The notes under the pieces are model-generated. The model was not told the DNA's origin and ran no database searches. It saw only the letters and a list, made by a program, of their open reading frames with translations. This document shows positions 1 to 13,000 of a stretch of DNA of 64,000 nucleotides, piece after piece. The position numbers and the translations under genes were made by a program. The stretch is from Squalus acanthias. Lineage: Eukaryota. Each line of letters opens with the position of its first letter. Position 1 is the stretch's first letter. The DNA is taken from positions 20,710,001 through 20,774,000 of the forward strand of contig CM059433.1 of the NCBI GenBank assembly GCA_030390025.1, given 5' to 3'.

Positions 1-978
1 CTGAATATGTCTCACTGCCTGGCATGAAGCTGTCAGTCAGGCCCAGCATCCCCCTCCCCGCTTCCCCCACCAAGACACCCTGTGGGACATCTTGACATCT
101 TTCCATGTTATAGGCACGGTTACTTGAATCCAAATTTCATAAGCCTTTGTCACTGAAATAAATGGCACTTGGCTGGCTGACAGCCTCATAACAGATGTTA
201 GACTCAGATCCATGCATGCCTTTACAAATCAAAAAATAGAATATAAAGTTCTATAATAAATAAATATGATTGATTTCTGACCTGCCACAGTTAACACTTC
301 TGCTAAAATAGCAGGCAAAGTAATACCTCTGTTAAAATAACAGGCAAAGGCATTTCACATGCTACTATTAAAAGACTAATTTCAAGAGCTGGGTTTTGGA
401 AAGTACCCTTGTAGGATAGCATGTTGGCATATTGGCATCATAGTTTACCAAAATGCTGTGCCATCAAGCAAATTTATCTCAACTCTCCTGTGATGATGGT
501 CTAGTTTTACGACGTGTAGATAACTGGTGAGTCTGCTCAAAGGCAGTGAGCTTTTGCATTGATTTACATGCTCTCTTCTAGTTGTATTATTGCAGTCAAG
601 TTCGAGGCTTTGTCCATGTGACCTGGTCTACCATTCACTGAAACCTAGCTGCTGGCACCAATTCCTTTCGTAAAGTGTCAGAGCGTATGAAGGTTTAATC
701 TCAGACATGAAACTGCTTTCCTTCTGTGAAGCTTCCAACACTCCTTTTACTAGTTTCTATGCTTCGCTATATTCTTTGTTTTTTTGCAGGGTTGCGTTTC
801 AATCAATAAGTTACATTCATTTTTCCCAAAACAGTCGGTGCATTGTACGGAATAGAGCTTTCTTTAAGATGATTACTCTGCAATGCAAACTGTTGGAATG
901 ACCTTAATTTACTTTATGACAAATTCGATCAAGTAATGATCACTGACATTGTCCATTTGGATTTGTTTTCTTTCACAG

Positions 979-1173
979 TTTTGCCAAGTCACACATGCGG
1001 CAATCCGGGCATAATACCGAAAGGAGTTCTACACGGCACCAGATTCAATATTGGGGATAAAATTCGTTACACCTGTGTCACGGGCTATATCCTGGAGGGT
1101 CACGCAATACTGACCTGTATTGTTAGTCCAGGAAATGGAGCATCATGGGACTTTCCACCACCTTTTTGCAGAG
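979..1173 (+). CDS. CSMD1: Internal coding exon of CUB and sushi multiple domains 1 (first sushi/CCP domain)
   Basis: Pyrimidine tract plus tttcacag acceptor ends at 978; donor g|gtaatg at 1173/1174. The exon is 195 bp, phase 1-1. It translates (V)LPSHTCGNPGIIPKGVLHGTRFNIGDKIRYTCVTGYILEGHAILTCIVSPGNGASWDFPPPFCR with the four sushi cysteines and W. From memory this matches CSMD1 sushi-1 (VLPSHTCGNPG...GHAILTCIVSPGNGASWDFP) better than CSMD2 or CSMD3. Confidence 0.92.
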
Positions 1174-1497
1174 GTAATGTCACAATAATAACACGTTGTT
1201 CAAGCAAAATCCACGGAGGTGCAAACATGTTGTATTGTAAAGAGCCAGTGGGCGCAAAAGATGTTAACACAAACAATTTATCTCTGTGATTTTAAGTCCC
1301 CAGGCAACAGGTATTCAACATCTTCATTGTTGGGTTCTGAGACATTTTAACACATCTGTCATGTTTCTTGTGTTTAAGCCATTTGGTGTGTAATATTGCC
1401 AGTACTACAGCTAATGCATTTCTGTATCCCAATGAAACAATTCAAAAATGAGAAGTCGCACAACACCAGGTTATAGTCCAACAGTTTTATTTGAAAT

Positions 1498-1537
1498 CAC
1501 AAGCTTTCGGAGCTATCGATCGCCCCTTCCTCAGGTG
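1498..1537 (-). ncRNA. Minimal type-I hammerhead ribozyme motif in Penelope A pLTR
   Basis: Reverse complement reads CAC-CUGAGGA-A-GGGGC-GAUCGAUA-GCUCC-GAAA-GCUU-GUG. It has the CUGANGA/GAAA core, a 5-bp helix II, a palindromic AGCU helix III and a CAC/GUG helix I. Confidence 0.75.
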
Positions 1538-2969
1538 AAGTAAAGAGATACAGAATCGCCAAAGCATATATAGATAGAGAACAATGCATGTGTTACTTAC
1601 AAAAGCAGACGACTACATTTAAATCAACCTGACTGTTTATCTGCCGAGGTGTGACAAAAGGCAATCAGGTCACATCAAAGACATAGCAAGATACAACTGA
1701 GACAATGAGGTGGAGCCACAGGAGGTCCAATGTGTCAAAAGCCGCAGTATGGGAAACGATAAACTTTAACATTTTTACTTTTTTACTGGGAATCACATCT
1801 GTTAACAAGCCAACGACGACTCGAGTCTGGATCACGTCATGTATCGTGACATAAACCCAAGATCCCGGTTGAGGCCATCCTCATGAGTGCGGAACTTGGC
1901 TATCAGTTTCAGCTCGATGATTTTGCGTTGTCGTGTGTTTCTAAGTCCGCCTTGGAGAACGCTTACCCGCAGATCCGAGGCTGAATGTCCTTGACTGCTG
2001 AAGTGTTCCCCGACTGGGAGGGAACACTCCTGCCTGGTGATTGTTGCGCGGTGTCCGTTCATACGTTGTCTCAGTGTCTGCATGGTCGCGCCGATGTACC
2101 ATGCCACGGTGCATTCTTTCCTGCAACGTATGAGGTAGACAACGTTGGCCGAGTCACATGAGTATGTACCATGTACCTGGTGGGTAGTGTCCTCACGTGT
2201 GATGATGGTATCTGTGTTGATGATCTGGCATGTCTTGCAGAGGTTGCCGTGGCAGGGTTGTGTGGTGTCGTGGTCGCTGTTATCCTGAAAGCTGGGTAAT
2301 TTGCTGCGAACGATGGTACTTCTGAGGTTAGGCGGCTGTTTGAAGGCAAGTAGTGGAGGCATGGGGATGGCCTTAGCGAGGTGTTCGTTGTCATCGATGA
2401 CATGTTGGAGGCTGCGAAGAACATGGCGTAGCTTCTCCGCTCTGGGGAAGTACTGGACGACGTAGGGTACCCTGTTGGTTGTGTCCCGTGTTTGCCTTCT
2501 GAGGAGGTCTGTGCGATTTTTCGCTGTGGCCCGTCGGAACTGTCGATCGATGAGTCGAGCGTCATATCCCGTTCTTACGAGGGCGTTTTTCAGCGTCCGT
2601 AGGTGTCCATCGCGTTCCTCCTCGTCTGAGCAGATCCTGTGTATTCGCAGGGCTTGTCCATAGGGGATGGCTTTTTTAACGTGGTTAGGGTGAAAGCTGG
2701 AGAAGTGGAGCATCGTGAGGTTGTCCGTGGGCTTGCGGTAGAGTGAAGTGCTGAGGTGGAGATTCGTGTGTCCAGGAATGAAACCGATTCTGAGGAGTAG
2801 TCCATGGTGAGTTTGATGGTGGGATGGAACTTGTTTATGTTATCGTGTAGTCTTTTCAGTGATCCTTCACCATGGGTCCAAAGGAAGAAAATGTCGTCGA
2901 TGTATCTGGTGTACAGCGTTGGCTGGAGGTCCTGTGCAGCGAAGAAGTCTTGCTCGAACTTGTACAACA

Positions 2970-3401
2970 TGGTGGCATAGTGGTTAGCACTGGTGCCTCA
3001 CAGCGCCAGAGACCCGGGTTCGAATCTGACCTCGGGTGACTGTCTGTGTGGAGTTTGCACATTCTCCCCGTGTCTGCGTGGGTTTCCTCCGGGTGCTCCG
3101 GTTTCCTCCCACAGTCCAAAAATGTGCGGGTTAGGTTGATTTGGCTATGATAAATTGACCCTTAGTGTTAGTGGGGGGGGATTAAATATGTGGGGTTATG
3201 GGGATAGGATGGGATATGTTAGGGGGAATTAAATACATGGGGTTACGGGGCTAGGGTGGGATATGTGTACTGTGGGGATTAAAGCAGGGACAGGGTACTG
3301 GATTTGAATGATCAGCCATGATCGTATTGAATGGTGGAGCAGGCTCGACGGGCCGAATGGCCTACTCCTGCTCCTAGATTCTATGTTTCTATGTTTCTAT
3401 G
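2970..3401 (+). mobile_element. HE1-like V-SINE (tRNA head, V domain, CR1/HER1-type tail) inserted into Penelope A RT
   Basis: A box tggcatagtggttag and B box ggttcgaatc. V-domain-like gtgtggagtttgcacattctccccgtgtctgcgtgggtttcctccggg. CR1-type tail gatcagccatgatc...ggcctactcctgctcc followed by (ttctatg)n. It splits the Penelope frame YANI|..YKFEQDFF. Confidence 0.85.
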
Positions 3402-4640
3402 TTAAGATGTTGGCGTATTGGGGTGCGAATTTGGTCCCCATGGCTGTTCCGTGTGTTTGGGTAAAAAAATGGTTGTCGAAGGTGAAGACATTGTGGTCAA
3501 GGATGAAGCGGATGAGTTGTAGGATGGCGTCTGGAGATTGGCTGTTGTTGGTGTTGAGTACTGAGGCTGTCGCAGCGATGCCGTCATCGTGGGGGCTACT
3601 GGTGTAGAGTGCCGATACGTCCATCGTGGCGAGGAGTGTTCCTGGTTCAACTGGTCCGTGGGTGCTGAGTTTCTGTAAGAAGTCTGTGGTGTCACGGCAG
3701 AAGCTGGGGGTTCCCTGTACGATGGGTTTCAGGATGCCCTCGACGTATCCAGAGAGGTTCTCACACAGGGTTCCGTTGCCTGATACGATAGGACGTCCGG
3801 GTGTGTTGGCTTTGTGTATCTTTGGGAGGCAGTAGAAGTCTCCCACGCGGGGAGTATGTGGGATGAGAGCGCGTAGGATGCTTCGAAGGTCTTGATCAGT
3901 CTATTGAGTTGGCGGGTGTGTTCTTTGGTCGGATCTGCGGGTAATTCAAGGCAGACATTGAAGAACAATTCCTTCCTTCAACAGACATACATGGTGCTTC
4001 ACATCAAAATGTTGCAAAAGAATTCATTTCCAAATCAATAGTTCCTCAATTAACTTTAAACTTATTAACCAATTGATCTAAAGTCCAATAGATTTTGACA
4101 TTGAGAGTGAAAGGGTTAATAGATATCATGTTCTTTCTGAATCACTTTTTAGATACTAACAGACTCAGACATGTTTTACAACTAAAAGCTGTAAGATTCT
4201 CTGCCAATCTGACATACTTTTATTTCGAATAACAATTTGATTTAAATTGTAATCACCTTTGATTCTGAAAAAAAAGTTGAGATCAAACCCTAGCTTTTGT
4301 TATTTTTCCAAAAAAAATCGTGCCTCCGCTGCTTTGTATCTCCCTTTTTATCCTTGTATTTTCCTCAATTATTTTTAGCTTCTTGCTGTTCCCTTATTGA
4401 TTTGCTGTCTCTTATTTTTGTTACAGTTTGATTCTCTTGTGCTTGCCTACTACTTGCTGGTTCTCTGTACTGTTGCCATATCTCCAATTCTTTGCTGTTC
4501 AATACTGTTCATTTTGGTACTTCTATAGTTCTTTGCTCTTTCTCTGCAGTTTCTTGGGTTCTTTGCTACCTCTCTGCTGTTATTTTAGGATTAGTGATCC
4601 TTGTAGAGATGGTAGGCATTGCATTTAAGTCAATCAGCTA

Positions 4641-4918
4641 GTGGATGTCAAAGATCCCATGGCACTATTTCGAAGAAGAGCAGGGGGAGTTAGCCCCGGT
4701 GTACTGACCAATATTTATTCCTCAACCAACATAACAAAAACAGATTATCTGCTCATTATCACATTGCTGTTTGTGGGACCTTGCTGTGTGCAAATTGGCT
4801 GCTGCATTTCCCACAGGACAACAGTGACTTCACTTCAAAAAGTACTTCATTGTCAGTAAAGCACTTTGAGACATCTGGTGGTTGTGAAAGGCGCTATAGA
4901 AATGCAAGGTTTTCTTTT
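4641..4918 (+). mobile_element. DeuSINE (SacSINE1-like), 3' half
   Basis: aaagatcccatggcactatttcgaagaagagcaggg...cattgctgtttgtggga...gaaatgcaag is homologous to the full copy at 32572-33040. Confidence 0.8.
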
Positions 4919-5376
4919 ATAGAGGGATGCCAGGCAGATCAAGTTGCATAACTGGTGCTCCATGCCCACTCGATAACCACATCTGCAAACAGAGGTGAAC
5001 ATCACTCTGGCGGATGATTTAATGTGTGAAAAGGCTTCCATTCCTAAGGAAGCTGCAACAATAGTCCTGATAGCATCATTAAGATATGTGAACACCTGAC
5101 TAACTAATGATGGATGCTTCCTCAAAAATACCCCAATAACTGTATGCAATATGTTCATTCGTACTGCCTGAGAGAAGGCATGTCAAGGTGATTAACAGCC
5201 ACTGTACCTGTAAGCTGCACCCACCCAGATGCTGCCAACCATATCTGCAGGCTCTGGCACAGCCACCTGTGGGGAGCTATCTTCATGGTGCCGAGCTCAT
5301 CAGGGAGCCTGTGCCATCTCTTGCAGACAACTGCAGCTACAATTCAACATAGGGCTGGCAGAACCAGTGACAGTAA

Positions 5377-5846
5377 AAGAAGAAAGAAAGACTTGCATTT
5401 ATAAAGGGCCTTTCCTGACCTCAGGATTTCCCAAAGTGTTTCACAGACAATTAAGTACTTTTGAAGTGTAGTCACTGTTGTAATGTAGGAAACACGGCAG
5501 CCAATTTGTGCACAGCAAGGTCCCACAAACAGCAATGAAATATATGAGCAACTAATCTGTTTTTGATTGATGTTGGTTTGAGGGATAAATATTGGTCAGG
5601 ACACCAGGGAGAGCCCCCGTGCTCTTCTTCGAAATAGTGCCATGGGATCTTTTATGTCCACCTGAGGGGTAGACGGGGCCTCCATTTAACATCTCATCTG
5701 AAAGACAGCAACTCTCACAGCACACCCTCAGTACTGCACTGATGTGTCAGCCTGGATTATGTGCTCAAGTCACTGGAGTTGGACTAGAACCCACAACCGT
5801 CTGACTCAGTGGCAGGAGGACTACCCACTGAGCCACTGGCTGACAC
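5377..5846 (-). mobile_element. DeuSINE (SacSINE1-like), near full length
   Basis: Reverse-complement homology to 32572-33040, including the tRNA-like head (cagtggctcagtgggtag) and the (ttct)n tail. Confidence 0.82.
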
Positions 5847-5977
5847 TCCCAGTCAGTTGTGGCCTTATGCCTGCTTTCTCTTCTTGTAGACATGCTACAG
5901 TGCTGACATATGGAGATGGTGGCATGGAATTGAAAATATCATGGGGAGCAAATGGATGGATGGATTAGGCACTCGCA

Positions 5978-6255
5978 AATGTTCCCCCTTCAAGTATTTA
6001 TCCAAATCCCTTTTGAAAATTATTGAATCTACTTCCACCACCCTTTCAGGCAGTGCATTCCAGATCATAACAACTCACTGCATAAAAAAATGTTTTCCTC
6101 ATGCCCCCTCTGGTTCTTTTGTCAATTACCTTAAATCTGTGTCCTTTGGTTACCGACCCTACTGCCTCTGGAAACAGTTTCTCCTTATTTACTCTATCAA
6201 AACGCTTCATGATTTTGAACACCTCTATCAAATCTCCCCGTAACCTTCTCTGCTG
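5978..6255 (-). mobile_element. CR1 LINE 3' ORF2 fragment
   Basis: RRLRGDLIEVFKIMKRFDRVNKEKLFP...TKGHRFK is a typical CR1 ORF2 C-terminus. Confidence 0.85.
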
Positions 6256-6463
6256 TGTGTTGTGCACAAGGGAAGGGTACTTTGGCTTAGCAAGTAAGAG
6301 AACCTATTCAACAGGGTCATGCTATATGTGACCTTGATGACGTTTAGTGTGGTAAATGGGCAGTAATTACCCATAGTACTGTCCAACTGTTCAGAATGTA
6401 ATTTTCTACTTTTTCACCTGTCAATTTACTGTTGGTAAGTTGAATCATATAATGAAACATATT

Positions 6464-8217
6464 GGGGGCGAGATTGGGCTCGGTAGCACCCGTTATCCAG
6501 AGCCAATATAGCAGCAGTCTGAGCTCCCACTGCAGCACTCAGACGTTGGGTGGCTGCTGCTTGTGCTGCAATGGAAGCTGAGACATCGACCATCAGACAC
6601 TGCATGATGGTTGGTTCCACAAGTGTGTTGATGGAGTTGACCACCAGTTCCGTGCTAGAAATGATGGTTCCAAGCTCTGCGAAAAGCCCTGTGACAAGTT
6701 GGTGCCGGACTGCTCCATGCTCCTTGACATTAAACGCAGGCTTTCTGGCAAGCTTTCCAATGCACCAAGCATTTTGGTGTTTACACCCATAAGCCTTTTT
6801 CTGTCGCCTGGCCCATCGAAGACATCATCTGAGTCCTCTGCAGCAGAACTCATGTGCGACCTCGCCCTCCGGCGAGCTGGCACCAGCGCTATCCTTGTCC
6901 CCTGCTCTGGCTGCAGCGCACAAGTGCCCGGTGCCTCACCATATGGAGATCCCACATCTATGCTATCCTCTAAATTACGTGCAGTGTCAGTATCTGAGCT
7001 GGTGGCTGCAACTGTGCAGTCGAGTAATGGTGTGTCTTCAGCCTCACTGTCTTCTTGCTCTTCCTCCACTACCTGGGCAGGTTGCAGTTCTTGGGTATCT
7101 GATGGGAAAAAGCGATAAGGGTTGGGTTGTGGCGAGGGGAGAGGAGAAAGTAAGAAGTGCATGCTTACACCATCTGCAGCTTGTAAGTCAGAAGAGATTG
7201 TGGGATGAGGGAGAAGTGAGATGTGAGAAGGGGGACTAGGTATGAGGATACCCTCATCTTCAATGGATTCAGCCCCGCCGGTGGCCACGGCCTCATCAAT
7301 GGCCCTTCCCATAATGGCCAGCACCGTCTCCTCCATGGGGGTTAAAACATGCAGGCTTGCCTCTCCCTCTCCGGTTAGTTCCTGCTGCCTCTGGTTGTGC
7401 GCCGCCTTCTCCTGCAAGAGAGAGGGAAGTGTGTCAGTGAGTGTCGTGCAATCTGGGTGATGAGTTTGTCATGGTTGAATAGCTGGAAGTGTGTGCAAGG
7501 TGTGAGATGTGGGTGTGAGGCTTACAACAGTGCTCAATGTGTGAGGATGAGGTGCAGTATATGAATGTTATGAGTCCTAATTGATAGAGATTGTTGGTAG
7601 GTGAGTGATGGGGGTGTGGTGAATTGATCAATGGCTGAGGCTACTGGTGCAGTTGAAGATGCATTCACTGACCTTGACCACTAGTGTGAGGTCATTAAAC
7701 TTCTTGCGGCACTGTATCCAGGTCCTTGGGGCTAATCTCCTGGCATTGACCTCGTGGCTATCTGTTTCCACTGCCTTCTCGCCCTGTATCTGGAGGCCCC
7801 CCTGCCCCCCCCCCCCTGAGGATACAGGACATCTCTCCTCCTTTCTACCTCCTCCACCAAGACCTCCAGTGCAGCGTCCGAAATCCTTGGTGCTCGCTCT
7901 CACCCATGGTCAGCCATTGTTGCACAGCACACTATTTCCAATGATCTCAGCACCTCCAGCACCCTTTACAAGGTGCAGGCTAGCTTTAAGTAGCGCAGGC
8001 TGGTTTTAAGTAGTGCGAGGAAGTAACCATATTGGGCCCCCTGCTGATGCGTGCAGCCAATGAACAGCATGGTTAGCGTGGCTGCACGCGGCAATCATTA
8101 CAATGAGCAGGCGGCTTGAAGTTGGCATGCAGTCTGCATTCCACTGAACGGGCGCGGGTTAATCACGCATCGCGATCCCCGCGCCCGTTTTCGGGGGCTA
8201 ACCAATGTAACCCCCCC
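6464..8217 (-). mobile_element. Internally deleted PIF/Harbinger element carrying a decayed Myb/SANT-like gene
   Basis: EVNARRLAPRTWIQCRKKFNDLTLVVK, then intron, then EKAAHNQRQQELTG. GT donor at 7671-7672 and AG acceptor at 7412-7413 (minus strand). Degenerate G-rich termini ggggcgagattgg / ccaatgtaacccc. Confidence 0.72.
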
Positions 8218-8339
8218 TTGAGTCATAAAATAGAAGATAATGTGATCGTCCAACTTAAAATAACACATTTGACCTTTAACAGCTGTGACTTATTTCCAGC
8301 TGGCACGAACTGAAGCAGGTGGTTTACCCAAGCTCAATA

Positions 8340-9070
8340 ACGCCCGTTTGTAGGAGACATGAGCTTTATATTCTATGGAAAAAATTATTGCATGGAAAGA
8401 TGAAATTATGGAATGCAAAAGCTGTTAAGTGGAAGTGGAATGCCGAAATATGTGAACAAAATGTAACTAAAATTTCAAAACAGTAAAAGAAATGGAGGAC
8501 TACAGGAAGTGGCTCCATGATCTCAAAGCAATAGTCAGGATGAAGATGGCCTATAATGGAAACAAAAGCAAGAGTGAAGCGATACCATCAATAATATTAC
8601 TAACTATTGGTGAAAGAGGGTGAGGAAGAGCACATCCACCAAGTTCATGCGTTCAGGGAAATATTCTTTTACATTATTTCATATTCATCAAATAAAAATA
8701 GGCTCCTTGACATGAATCTGTCATTCATGACTTATGAAATAATACTGAGTGGCCTGTGGGTGGCGCTGTGCAGGCAGAGTACAAATACTCGGGCACGGGC
8801 CCAGCTTGCACAGGACATTCTTAACAGGAACTAGTGAAGGACACAACTAGACCTCCATGTTGTAAAACAGTTGATTAAAGCTTTGTTTAACGCTTAGACC
8901 AAGTGCCTAGTAGTTTTGTTACGTCACTCCTGTTATTGGAGCTCACAGCATAGGTAGCCTTGGATAGTTTAACACTTGTGCAAGACTTCCTCAGTGAGTT
9001 GTAGCCTTCTCATGCACTGCTCTGCAGTCAGGTCGCAGTAGTTTTGCTGTAGGTACACTGCATTGGATAA
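8340..9070. pseudogene. Ancient Harbinger relic: Myb/SANT-like fragment (+) convergent with a transposase N-terminal fragment (-)
   Basis: Plus strand from 8489 reads EMEDYRKWLHDLKAIVRMKMAYN, resembling RKKFNDL..KEKAAHN. Minus strand at about 8970-9060 reads VYLQQNYCDLTAEQCMRRLQLTEEVL, resembling [27 protein letters not shown] of the transposase at 38 kb. Confidence 0.5.
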
Positions 9071-9315
9071 TAGCAGGTCTGATAGTCTTCCTCGGACCTC
9101 CCTAGCCATCCTTCCGCTTTTTCTCTTCACACAACACGTCCGGCATAGTGAGGTCTGCTGATGCAACACTGCTGAAACAGTTGTGCCGCTCCATCGAGTG
9201 TGTTCTTTTCTCATGGCATCATTAATGTGATCTAGACTGGAAGGTAACAGTTAAGAAACAGATACATTTGACTTTAATTAATGCTCTTAATCGGAGAGGG
9301 AAAATTGTTAACACA

Positions 9316-10047
9316 AGAGCCTCGATATTAACCTCAACAACAATGGGTGGTGGGGGGGGGGGGGGTTAAAGAGTTAAATACGGGTATCGCGACCCCAACC
9401 GGCCACACATGTGCCCGCTGCCTTTTTTATGGCGGCATTATCGTGGTGTCCAGGTGTCCTGCCATGGAGAGACGGGACACTTCATTAACATATTTAAACC
9501 AGGCTCCTATAGTGCAATCGGGAGCCAGATTTAAAATTCACTGCTGCTGTCCGGGTTTCCCAGGGGTCGGTAAAACTGACAGCCAAAGGGCGGCGGGAGC
9601 TGCTAGCTCCAAAAGGTAAGTGCCTTTTCCAGCTCTCCTTGTGGGCCAGGAGGAGCAGGAGTGCTCCCCCCTGCCTCTCAAGGAAGCCTCCAGCCTCCCC
9701 CTTGCCTATCGCGGCCTCTCTCTCCCCACACCGTAATCGCTGACCTCCCGGTCCCTCCAGCACGGATGGCCGAACTCTTCCGACACCAAGCCCCGATTGT
9801 CCACTTCCCCCACTCCCGATTGCCAGGGATCGTCCCCAAGGGTCCCCGGCTACGACCTCCTGCTGCTGGTGCTCCCTCTCGACCGCCAGCCAGGCTGTCA
9901 ATTTAGCTGGTTGTTGTGCGGGAAGCAGAAGAAAAATGATAATGAGGTCCTGCCGTTAAGTTCGGCAGGACCTGTGCGTTCCATGCCTTGCCGGGTTCTT
10001 CGGCCGTTTCTGGCCTCCCTCGCACCCTCCCCGCCAATACCGGGATC
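9316..10047. mobile_element. GC-rich non-autonomous DNA transposon (Harbinger-type MITE), decayed
   Basis: Abrupt GC-rich block with weak inverted termini. Internal ggccaggaggagcaggagtgctcccccc is homologous, in reverse complement, to 58915-58945. Confidence 0.5.
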
Positions 10048-13000
10048 TGTTTTATGTTATAAGTGATTGGCTGATATGGGCTTACTTGATGGCTAATTAA
10101 TGATTCCATTCGATGGCTCACACAGCCATTGAAATGAATGATGTCATAAAAGCAGAAAATGACACTAATTAAGGGCAGTGACTGCATGGTACAATCTTCA
10201 AGCTTTTAAAGCCCAATGTAGACAGTCTGGCTCCGGTGCCAGCTGATCTCCTTGGCATGCAATTCTTTCATCTATTATCACTTCGAGCATTAAAAACTCT
10301 AGCTGTGATGCTTTAAAAGCAAACCCAACAGGCAATGAAAACTTCTATTCAAAAGAAGTGCCTGTCTCTCTTTATGTGCTCCCTTCCCCACATGTCAGAA
10401 TTAATTTTGGCTTTAATGCCTTCTTTGAATGGACGGACTGAATACGGGAAGGTACTTCCACTCGATAATAGAGGGCTGACTACCAGTACCCTCATTTAAG
10501 TGCTATATGCATCCATAATCAAACTTGTAAATTATGTGTGAGAGCCATATATACCTATGTGAAGGCACGGCAGCATGTATGACTCTGCGTACTGTGCATT
10601 TGGAGCAGAGACCTGGAAGAAAGATATTTCTGGTTTCTGCTTGCCAGATTTATGCTGGCTGGAGTACTTCCCACACTGGATTTTCCAAGCTCAGTTGTGT
10701 TAAACCCAGTACGAAATGTGTTGTCATAAATCAAGAAAAATAATCTTCACATGGTAGAAACTACATATTAAGGATAACATTTTGATAATCTCATAATTCA
10801 TGACATTGCTGCCACTGTGCTGAATAGTACCGAGTAGTTCCCAGACCAGTAGCACAGAAACCCAGAGAACATATCAGAAATGAATTTAAAAAAAACCTGA
10901 AGGTTACCTTGGATATATAAGAACAGCAGAAAGAAACTGGGAAAAAAAAACTGATTCAGATGTCTGGCATGGTCTTTTGTCAGGGCTCTCAAACCTGGGG
11001 TGCAACCATATATAAAAAGTTAGAGGGGATATCACGGGCAATTATGGGATTTGGTGAGTGGGACATGTCCCATGGAAAAAGAAAATCGGCCCCTACATCT
11101 GTAAAATATTTTTGAAATCTCCCACCACCTTAATATGTGATTAAAAGAAAGAAAGACTTGTATTTATATAGCGCCTTTCACGACCACCGGCTTTACAGCC
11201 AATTAAGTACTTTTTGAAGTGTAGTCACTGTTGTAATTAGCTAAAACTGTCCATATCTTTATTTCTTCTGGTAGACCTACTAAAAGCTGCTTGGGGCCAG
11301 GAAGATGCTTTTATTCAGTGTTTGAATTCTGAGGAGGAGTTAGTGAAGGCCATTCAGAACTTGTGGAGTAGCTGTTAGAAGCTGAATGGGATCTAGGGAG
11401 GAGCTTGTTATAGTTTGAAATTTTGCAACATAATTTTCTCTCTCAAACAGCCTGATGGATCACATCCCTTCCAGCTTGAAATCAGCATCTTTCACATCTA
11501 AAGCCTTCCAGCAGTTTTTGGCCCAGCTCTTAGTTTCCTTATCAGCTATGTGACTGACATCTGTTTTCCATGTTGTGGAAGGATCTACAGGGCAGCTTGC
11601 ATTGTAGCAGCCATCCTGATGCTCCAGACATCCAAGTCCAATTATGTGGACCAGGCTTGCTCATCGCCAACCATTTAATCCAAGCCTTACAGAAGGGGCT
11701 TTGGCAAAGAAGCGTGCCTATATGAGGCTGCTCCCCTGCTCAAGCCTTGCGTTGATATTGCAGTCGGGCCCTAATGATGTCATCGGAGCCCGATCTGCCT
11801 ATTTAAGGAAGGACCCCTCCAGCTTCATGCAGTCCCAGAAGAGGTTAAAACAAAAGAAAAACTTTAGGGCAATTTAAGAAAGCCTTTGGAAATTCCTCTC
11901 TGAGCCCCCAAAGGAAAGTAATCAACTTCCAGGAGACCACAATGACTGGTTGACACATCCCCCACCCCGTACCCTATTTGTAGTTATATTGGGCACTGTC
12001 AGGAAGTTGTCCGGTTCCCATTTGAAGGCTTGTAGCAAATCTGCACTCACTGCACGTGTTGGCAACTTGCTTCTTTTCTCCTCCTTCTTGTTGTTCCCTT
12101 TTCTCTTACTTCAGTATTTAACATTATTACTTCATACTGTTTCTTACAAATATATATGTATTTTAACTTTTTCTTATTACTTGCTTCTCTTTAAAGTTAA
12201 AGGCCTGCTTATTTTTCTGTGCCTCCATAATGGTCTTGTCCATTCCGGAGAGGGGCGCATGTAACTAAGCGGTACAATTAAGCAAAAGCTAATGGTTTGC
12301 TTGGAATGCTATGGGACCAGCAGTCCCAAGTTGGACTGCCAGCTCCTCATTGTTTGCTAGTCACAAAAAGTAGTGGTAGGTTTTAATGTCTGTGAAAGTC
12401 TTGATCGGACATTAAAATTAAAACTCAAGCTGGACCACTTGGGAGCTTTTGAAACTTCAACTAATGAGAAGTCCATAAGTCAAGCTGCTTCTTATCGCAA
12501 TGTGGTCTCATATTGTGAGTGGGTGTGTATGACTTCACACCTGAGTTGTACTACAGATTTTGCTTGAAGCAAAACTAAATCCACTTTGCAGGAACTCTGC
12601 TGCATATATTGGTCTATAAAATTTAGCTCCCAGTTGGTTACAACCTGTTCCTTGCCAGTAGGAGACTGAACAGTGAAGTTTGACTTGATTGTTTCACTGC
12701 AGTGACCAAGTCGAACTTGGTCCTGGTTTCGGAGCAACATACCGAAACCCAGAACACCTAGCTTGGCCGAAGGGAGTGGGCAAAATGAATTGCTTTGTCA
12801 GCAGTGGTGCAGGAGCTAACACAACAATAATTGTGTTGTTGGACTTTGGTTTGTTGCAGCCCCTACATGTTGAGTTAAACAATTAAGATTTAATCAGAGT
12901 TTAAATGGAGAAACACTCCATTTAACTGACCTGCTCCATTTACCTAATGTGTTCTTCCACTATAAAGTTACCTGCTTCAGTCCCTCTTTGTTCATTTGTA

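Larger units (their letters stand above)
1444..3963 (-). mobile_element. Penelope-like retroelement A (RT + GIY-YIG), 5'-truncated and disrupted
   Basis: ORF pieces 3729-3968, 3397-3846 (FYCLPKIHK, GRPIVS, MDVSALY, GTAMG), 2590-2970 (RYIDDIF) and 1832-2713 (CxxxxCxxC linker, VYLIRC..WYIG). Frameshifts, small deletions and a SINE interrupt the frame. pLTR at 1449-1540. Candidate TSD aacaattc at 1436-1443 / 3964-3971. Confidence 0.9.

Noticed and set aside
936..1289. 117-aa ORF as a stand-alone gene
   Set aside because: Only 979-1173 is sushi-like and bounded by AG/GT; the flanking residues are translated intron.
2971..3035. tRNA gene (also the heads near 22610 and 32582)
   Set aside because: A/B boxes run directly into SINE core and LINE-derived tail; no complete cloverleaf.
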